NCBI GenBank assembly: GCA_042408665.1
Contig: JBHOQW010000106.1
Coordinates: 8,868-72,867, forward strand
Direction: 5' to 3'
DNA from: Dehalococcoidia bacterium
GTDB taxonomy: Bacteria > Chloroflexota > Dehalococcoidia > CAUJGQ01
DNA length: 64,000 nt
The first letter of the stretch is position 1. Each line of letters begins with the position of its first letter. The position numbers and the translations under genes are program-made. The notes below the pieces were generated by a model, which saw only the letters and a program-made list of their open reading frames with translations, ran no database searches and was not told the DNA's origin. Below, piece by piece: positions 58,701-64,000 of the stretch.

Positions 58701-60020
58701 CGTCGCGCCCAGGGCGGCCATGGCCCGTCGCGCGGTGGCCACCGTCGCCTCCACCTCTGCTTCGCCATGGGCGGTGGAGACAAACCAGGCCTCGAACTGC
58801 GAGGGCGGCAGGTAGACGCCGGCGTCCAGCATAGCCCGGAAAAAGGCGGCGAAGCGGGTGGTGTCGGCGCGCATGGCGGCGGCATAGCCGTCTACCGGCC
58901 CGGCGGTGAAGAACGGGGTGAGCATCGACCCCACCCGGTTGACGGCAAGCGGCACGCCCGCCGCCCGCGCGGCCTCTGCCAGGCCCTCCGCCAGCGCCGC
59001 CGCGACGGTCTCCAGCCGCTCATACACGCCCGGCTCGGCCAGCGTGCGCAGGGTGGCGATGCCGGCCGCCATGGCCGCAGGGTTGCCGGAGAGCGTCCCC
59101 GCCTGGTACACCGGCCCGGCGGGCGCCACCAGCTCCATCAGGTCGCGGCGGCCGCCGTAGGCGCCCACCGGCAGGCCCCCACCGATGACCTTGCCCAGCA
59201 CGGTGAGGTCGGGGCGCACACCGTACCGCTCCTGAGCGCCACCACGCGCCACCCGGAAGCCGGTGATCACCTCATCGAAGATGAGCAGCGTCCCGTGCTC
59301 GGCCGTGCGCGCGCGCAGGCCCTCCAGAAAGCCGGGTGCGGGCGGCACCACGCCCATGTTGCCGGCCACCGGCTCCACGATCACGGCCGCCACCTGGCCG
59401 GGGTTGGCCGCCAGGAGTCGCTCCACGGAGGCGAGGTCGTTGAACTCGGCCACCAGCGTGTCCGCCGCCGCGCCACGCGTCACCCCCGGTGTGGCGGGGA
59501 TGCCGAGCGTGAGCATGCCCGAGCCGGCCTCGGCCAGGAGGCTGTCGGCGTGGCCGTGGTAGCAGCCACGGAACTTGATCACCTTCTCCCGTCCGGTGGC
59601 GGCACGGGCCAGGCGCAGGGCGCTCATCGCCGCCTCGGTGCCGGAGCTAACGAACCGCACCATCTCCACGGCCGGCATGAACTCGCGCACCAGAGCCGCC
59701 AGCTCCACCTCACGCCGGTTGGGCGCGCCGAAGCTGGTGCCGGCCGCCACCGCATCCGTCACGGCCGCCACCACGCGCGGGTCGGCGTGGCCGAGGATGA
59801 GCGGCCCCCAGGAGCCCATCCAGTCGATGTAGGCGTTGCCGTCCGCGTCCCAGACGCGCGCCCCCTGCCCGCGTTCGATGAACACCGGCTCGCCGCCCAC
59901 CGCGCGGAAGGCGCGCACGGGGCTGTCCACGCCGCCGGGCAGGAGCTCCTGTGCCCGCGCGAACAGGCGGGCGGACTCGGCCCGGGCAGGAGCCGTAGGA
60001 CCGGTTATGTCTGCGGTCAT
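58695..60020 (-). CDS. hemL: glutamate-1-semialdehyde 2,1-aminomutase
   Basis: 441 aa with [13 protein letters not shown]...[15 protein letters not shown]...FDEVITGFR...LGKVIGGG. Confidence 0.95.
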   Translation of the reverse strand: MTADITGPTAPARAESARLFARAQELLPGGVDSPVRAFRAVGGEPVFIERGQGARVWDADGNAYIDWMGSWGPLILGHADPRVVAAVTDAVAAGTSFGAPNRREVELAALVREFMPAVEMVRFVSSGTEAAMSALRLARAATGREKVIKFRGCYHGHADSLLAEAGSGMLTLGIPATPGVTRGAAADTLVAEFNDLASVERLLAANPGQVAAVIVEPVAGNMGVVPPAPGFLEGLRARTAEHGTLLIFDEVITGFRVARGGAQERYGVRPDLTVLGKVIGGGLPVGAYGGRRDLMELVAPAGPVYQAGTLSGNPAAMAAGIATLRTLAEPGVYERLETVAAALAEGLAEAARAAGVPLAVNRVGSMLTPFFTAGPVDGYAAAMRADTTRFAAFFRAMLDAGVYLPPSQFEAWFVSTAHGEAEVEATVATARRAMAALGATG

Positions 60021-60790
60021 AGTTGCGCCTCGCTGCGGGGTGGGACGTCGCTCAGGCGGTAACCGCGCGGCGTCACCAGGCGGCCGTCCTGCACCCGTGT
60101 CTGCGTGTTCCCCACGATCACGATGCTCAACATGCCCACCGCGTGCGTGGGCAGCTCCCCGAGCGTGGTCACCACCACCTGCTGGCCCTCACGCTCGGCA
60201 TTGGTGACGATACCTACCGGCGTCTCCGGCGCGCGGTGGCGGAGCAGCAGCGTCCGCGCCTCCTCCAGCCGGTGCCGCCGCGCGGCGCTGGCCGGGTTGT
60301 ACAAGGCGATGACGAAGTCCGCCGCCGCCACCGCCTCCAACCGGCGGACGATCACCTCCCACGGTGTGAGCAGGTCGGACAGGCTCACCGCCGCGAAGTC
60401 GTGCCCCAGCGGTGCACCCAACAGCGCGGCGGCGGCGGTAGCGGCCGTGACGCCTGGAATGACCTCCACCGCCGGCGGCTCCTGCTCCCACGCGGCGGCA
60501 GCGCGTAGCTCGTACACCAGCCCGGCCAGGCCGTAGACGCCGGCGTCGCCGCTGCACACCAGCGCCACGCGGTCCAGCTCGGCGGCCAGGCCAAGCGCCT
60601 GCCGCACCCGCTCCACCTCTGCCCCAATCGGGTAGGCATACAGCAGGGCCGCCGGCAACCAGCGCCGCACGAGCTCAGTGTACCGCTCGTAGCCGACGAT
60701 CGCCTGCGCCCGCTCCAGCGCCCGCCGCGCCCGCGGCGTGAGCAGGTCTTCCGCACCCGGCCCCAGCCCGACGACGTACAGCGTGCCCAT
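60017..60790 (-). CDS. cbiH: precorrin-3B / cobalt-factor III C17-methyltransferase (CbiH/CobJ)
   Basis: ORF 60017..61021 trimmed to ATG 60790. Segments [18 protein letters not shown]...[10 protein letters not shown]...IPGVTAA. ATGA overlap with hemL. Confidence 0.9.
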   Translation of the reverse strand: MGTLYVVGLGPGAEDLLTPRARRALERAQAIVGYERYTELVRRWLPAALLYAYPIGAEVERVRQALGLAAELDRVALVCSGDAGVYGLAGLVYELRAAAAWEQEPPAVEVIPGVTAATAAAALLGAPLGHDFAAVSLSDLLTPWEVIVRRLEAVAAADFVIALYNPASAARRHRLEEARTLLLRHRAPETPVGIVTNAEREGQQVVVTTLGELPTHAVGMLSIVIVGNTQTRVQDGRLVTPRGYRLSDVPPRSEAQL

Positions 60791-60850
60791 GCTGCCCTCA
60801 TCTCCGACGCGCGAAGCGCGAAACGAGAAACGAGGAGAGCGGATGCGATG

Positions 60851-60904
60851 GGCTGCTCGCTCCTCACTGCTCGTTGCGCACCGCTCGGTCCTGGCCCTCA
60901 CCCA
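60851..60904. repeat. about 50-nt intergenic element, copy 2 (between cbiG and cbiH)
   Basis: Plus strand: ggctgctcgctcctcactgctcgttgcgcaccgctcggtcctggccctcaccca. Aligned by eye it is roughly four-fifths identical to copy 1. Minus-strand 14-mers are GTGCGCAACGAGCA and GTGAGGAGCGAGCA. Confidence 0.55.
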
Positions 60905-60918
60905 CGGCCCGCACCTGC

Positions 60919-61992
60919 TCAGCACGGTACACGCGCCACGGCCACCGTCACCATCCGGCCCTTCTGCTTGGGCACCAGCAACCGTGCGGCGCCCGCGGCG
61001 CGCAGCGCGGCCGGCTCGCACACGCCGCGCGTGCCCACCGCGGCTTTCACGACCTCCGAGGGATGCTCCACCCCCGGTGTGGCGTCCAGCATCGCCGCCG
61101 GGAACGTCTGCAGCTCTAGACCCCGTGCCCGCACGAAGGCCACCAGGCCCGGCTCGGCCGCCTTGCGATCCAGCGTGGCCACGGCGCGCACGCTCAGTGG
61201 GGAGAGCCCGTGCGCCGCCAGCGTCTCATCCACCAGCGCCGCGATCTCGTCCGCCCGTACACCGTGGCTACAGCCGATGCCCAGCACCAGCGTGCGCGGC
61301 CGGTACACCACCCAGCCGGGCCGCAGGGCCATGGCCGGGAGCACCCGGTCGGTGATGATGATCGCTCCAGCCGGGGCGGCTGCGCACAGGGCCGACAGGT
61401 CGTCGTAGCGGCGCACGTGCGCCGGCAGCAGCCCCTCATGCCAGCCGGGCTCACCGGCCTCCTGCAGCACGCCGACGGGCTCGCCGTTCACCAGCGCCGC
61501 CGCCAGCCGCGTGAGCTGTTCGGGGTTTTCAATCCGCCAGCCGAAGGCGCGGCCGATGAGGTCGGCCGCCGGCACGCCGAGCGCCTCCGCGGCGGTGGTG
61601 ATCACCGGCTGCGCGCCGATGATCGCCGCCACGCGCTCCGCCAGCGCGTTGGCGCCGCCCAGATGCCCAGAGAGCAGGGCGATGGCAAACCGCCCGCCGT
61701 CGTCGACCACCACCACCGCCGGGTCAACGCGCTTGTCGCCCAGGTGCGGCGCGAGCAGGCGCACGGCCGCGCCCACTGCCATCACCAGCACCAGGCTGCG
61801 CCCGCCGCCGAACAGGTCGCGCACCACCGCCGCCACCGGCCCCGTGTAGCCCACCGCCGGTGGGCCAGCCTCCGCCACAAAGCGTATCGGGACGAGGGCC
61901 TCGGCCTCCGGCAGCACGGCGGCGATGCGCGCCGCCAGGCGGGAGCCGACGCGCGTCACGGCCACGACCGCACACCGCGGCTCAACCGCCAT
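60919..61992 (-). CDS. cbiG: cobalamin biosynthesis protein CbiG
   Basis: 357 aa with ALLSGHLGGANALAERVA...LGIGCSHGV...LDRKAAEPGLVAF...GVCEPAAL. Confidence 0.88.
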   Translation of the reverse strand: MAVEPRCAVVAVTRVGSRLAARIAAVLPEAEALVPIRFVAEAGPPAVGYTGPVAAVVRDLFGGGRSLVLVMAVGAAVRLLAPHLGDKRVDPAVVVVDDGGRFAIALLSGHLGGANALAERVAAIIGAQPVITTAAEALGVPAADLIGRAFGWRIENPEQLTRLAAALVNGEPVGVLQEAGEPGWHEGLLPAHVRRYDDLSALCAAAPAGAIIITDRVLPAMALRPGWVVYRPRTLVLGIGCSHGVRADEIAALVDETLAAHGLSPLSVRAVATLDRKAAEPGLVAFVRARGLELQTFPAAMLDATPGVEHPSEVVKAAVGTRGVCEPAALRAAGAARLLVPKQKGRMVTVAVARVPC

Positions 61993-62791
61993 CGACCGCC
62001 TCCCGTCCCATCGGCGGGCGACGCGCGGCCCTGCGAAAGCGATGCGCGTGCGCCGGATGGTAGAGGCGAGAGCGATGCACCTCGCCCGCGCGCAACGCTG
62101 GGCCGACCAGGATCAGCGCCTGCCGCTGCAGCCGCGCCGCCTTGACCTTACCGGCGATGTCTGCCAGGGTGCCGTGCAGGATGCGCTCGTCCTCCCAGGT
62201 AACCCGGTAGGCCACCGCCACCGGCGTCTCCGGCGTGTAGCCGCCGGCCATGAGCTCCTCTACCACCCGCTCGATGTAGGCGATGCTGAGGAACAGCACT
62301 AGGGAGGCGCCGTGCGCCGCCAGGTCGCGCAGCCGCTCCCGCTCCGGCACGGCCGTGCGGCCGGACAGGCGGGTGAAGATCACCGTCTGCGTGACGTCCG
62401 GCACCGTCAGCTCGATGCCAAGGCGGGCAGCGGCGGCGAAGGCCGCGCTGACGCCGGGCACGATCTCGTAGGGGATCCCCTCCCGCTCCAGGAGCGCGAT
62501 CTGCTCGTGCAGGGCGCCGTACACCGAGGGGTCGCCGCTCTGCACCCGCGCCACCGTCTTGCCGGTGCGCGCCGCGCCGAGCATGATCGCGGCGATCTCC
62601 TCCAGCGTGCGCGTGGCGCTGCCGTACACCGCGGCGTCCGGGCGGGCGTAGGCCGCCACGCCCGGGTGCACCAGCGAGTCGGCGTAGATCACCACGTCCG
62701 CGGCGGCAATCGCCTCTCGCCCGCGCAGGGTGATCAGGTCCGGGGCGCCCGGTCCCGCCCCCACGAACCACACCTTGCCCGTAACCGTCAC
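61982..62791 (-). CDS. cbiF: precorrin-4 / cobalt-precorrin-4 C11-methyltransferase (CbiF/CobM)
   Basis: ORF 61982..62941 trimmed to GTG 62791 (GGGAGGAA upstream, GTGA overlap with the cbiL stop). Segments VWFVGAGPGAPDLITLRG...VQSGDPSVYG...VPGVSA. Confidence 0.9.
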   Translation of the reverse strand: MTVTGKVWFVGAGPGAPDLITLRGREAIAAADVVIYADSLVHPGVAAYARPDAAVYGSATRTLEEIAAIMLGAARTGKTVARVQSGDPSVYGALHEQIALLEREGIPYEIVPGVSAAFAAAARLGIELTVPDVTQTVIFTRLSGRTAVPERERLRDLAAHGASLVLFLSIAYIERVVEELMAGGYTPETPVAVAYRVTWEDERILHGTLADIAGKVKAARLQRQALILVGPALRAGEVHRSRLYHPAHAHRFRRAARRPPMGREAVDGG

Positions 62792-63537
62792 CCCGTTCCT
62801 CCCACCGTTTCGTCCGCACGTGGGCAGGACATCGGATGCCCGCCCACGATGACCAGCGAAAAGTAGTCCGGCCGCCGCCCGCGCAGGCGGCGCGCATCCC
62901 GCTCGATCTCCTGCCCAGCCTGCCCGGCCCGCCGCACCCACACCGCCTCCGCCATGCGGCCGCTCGCCTCCAGGGCGTCGAGCACCGCCTCGACGGCGGC
63001 CGAGACCTTGAGCAACACCACCGTGTCGAACCGGCGCAACGTCTCCACCAGCCCTGACACGTCGGCCACGGCCGGCACGACGGCGAGGCGCTCATCGCCC
63101 AGGGCCAGCGCCGTATCGGCCACGGCCGCGGCGGCGGTCACGGAAGTCACGCCGGGCACCGCCTCCACCCGCACCCACGGGTGACGGCGGGCCAGCGCGG
63201 CCCAGGTGTAGACGAAGGTGCTGTACAGGAGCGGGTCACCCTCGGTGAGAAACACCCCCTGGCCGGCCGCGCCCATTCGCTCGGCGATCGTCGCCGCATT
63301 GGCCTCCCAGGCCGCCTCCTGCCGCGCGCGGTCGCGCACGAAGGGATAGCGCAGTTCGACGATCGCCTGCCGCGCCGGGTCCAGGTATGGCGCGGCGATG
63401 CCCGCGGCCAGCGACGGCCCACCGCGCTCCCCCACCGGCACGAACACCAGCGCGCTCTCCCGGATGAGCCGCACGGCCTTGACCGTCACCAGCTCCGGGT
63501 CGCCCGGGCCGACGCCCACCCCGTACAGGACCGCCAT
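62788..63537 (-). CDS. cbiL: precorrin-2 / cobalt-factor II C20-methyltransferase (CbiL/CobI)
   Basis: ORF 62788..63687 trimmed to ATG 63537 (TGATG overlap with the upstream stop). Segments LYGVGVGPGDPELVTVKA...LTEGDPLLYS...VPGVTS. Confidence 0.9.
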   Translation of the reverse strand: MAVLYGVGVGPGDPELVTVKAVRLIRESALVFVPVGERGGPSLAAGIAAPYLDPARQAIVELRYPFVRDRARQEAAWEANAATIAERMGAAGQGVFLTEGDPLLYSTFVYTWAALARRHPWVRVEAVPGVTSVTAAAAVADTALALGDERLAVVPAVADVSGLVETLRRFDTVVLLKVSAAVEAVLDALEASGRMAEAVWVRRAGQAGQEIERDARRLRGRRPDYFSLVIVGGHPMSCPRADETVGGTG

Positions 63538-64000
63538 CAGCCACCTTCCTCCGCTTCTGGCCGCCGCGCCGCCAGCACGAACACCGGGTTGAGGGCAGCC
63601 AGCCGCACCCCCGTGTCCCCGGTGGGCACACCCCGCGCCACCGCCACCTGACTGATCTCCACGGGCCAGCCGCGCGCCCGCAGCCATGCCAGGGTCTCGT
63701 GCAGGTGCTCCAGCAGCACCAGGTTGAGCACCAGGCGGCCGCCGGGCCGCAGTCGCGCGCCCACCGTCTCTAGCACGGCCACGAGCTGCCCACCCGTGCC
63801 GCCGATGAAGGCGCTGTCGGGATCGGGCAGGTCGGCCAGGGCGGCGGGCGCCGCGCCGAACACCGGGCGCACGTTGCCGGCCGTGTAGCGGCGCACGTTG
63901 GCAAGCAGGAGCCGGTACTGCTCCGCGTCCCGCTCCACGGCGTAGACGAGGGCGTCCAGCCGCAACGAGGCGGCCTCGATGGCCACCGCGCCGCTGCCGG
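63537..64000 (-). CDS. cbiT: precorrin-6Y/cobalt-precorrin-6B methyltransferase, CbiT-like (5' end outside the window)
   Basis: The frame is open to the window edge (...GSGAVAIEAA SAM-binding motif at the edge). Continues with FIGGTGGQL...GGRLVLN. Confidence 0.8.
   Translation of the reverse strand, partial: GSGAVAIEAASLRLDALVYAVERDAEQYRLLLANVRRYTAGNVRPVFGAAPAALADLPDPDSAFIGGTGGQLVAVLETVGARLRPGGRLVLNLVLLEHLHETLAWLRARGWPVEISQVAVARGVPTGDTGVRLAALNPVFVLAARRPEAEEGG

Noticed and set aside
58559-60918. Possible cobalamin riboswitches in the long hemL-hemC and cbiG-cbiH spacers.
   Set aside because: I could not find a B12-box-like core or the usual multi-stem architecture. The spacers are only about 125 nt and are dominated by the 14-nt tandem-unit repeat. 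A covariance-model scan (RF00174) would settle it.

Overview
Very GC-rich bacterial chromosomal segment, about two-thirds to 70% G+C by eye. It is densely coded and consists almost entirely of core metabolism. The taxon cannot be fixed from the sequence. The strong Shine-Dalgarno sites, fused nuoCD, the amt-glnK-glnD order and the anaerobic-type cbi genes fit a high-GC Chloroflexota- or Actinomycetota-like lineage.

Gene content, left to right:
- fabZ, a stand-alone tRNA-Asp with its own promoter, a DUF2231 membrane protein and hsp20.
- An orphan second nuoF paralogue, then a complete complex I operon on the minus strand (nuoA-B-CD-E-F-G-H-I-J-K-L-M-N, 4.3-19.2 kb).
- A hydrolase/peptidase-rich block: alpha/beta hydrolase, M20, prolyl oligopeptidase and an S9 peptidase. 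Interspersed are DinB, a Cys-rich four-helix-bundle protein, a CysO/MoaD-like protein and a 71-aa CxxC ORF.
- A CoA-binding ligase-like protein, a decayed EamA transporter and an LLM oxidoreductase.
- An OmpR/histidine-kinase pair preceded by a secreted LTXXQ-repeat protein, then an M16 peptidase.
- A poorly characterised block at 35.7-39 kb, then an MFS transporter.
- amt-glnK-glnD, a metallophosphoesterase and a stand-alone degenerate GGDEF protein.
- An Ldh_2 oxidoreductase and a TPP-riboswitch-controlled cytX-tenA-like-tenA operon.
- mutS-mutL, a flavin reductase and a hem/cbi tetrapyrrole cluster that runs off the right edge.

I found no transposase, integrase, phage gene, CRISPR array or recognisable defence or toxin module. 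I also cannot point to a convincing novel multi-gene system.

The most notable items:
- The orphan NuoF.
- The degenerate GGDEF protein that keeps an RxxD I-site.
- The CysO-like protein with a tail after its Gly-Gly.
- Small zinc-ribbon-like ORFs.
- A family of short intergenic repeats with 14-nt periodicity and a recurrent GGCCCTCACCC motif.
- Several direct-repeat or palindromic candidate operators.

Start codons were chosen by hand from the ORF track. The track prints GTG/TTG starts as M. No searches were run, so all family calls rest on motifs read by eye.
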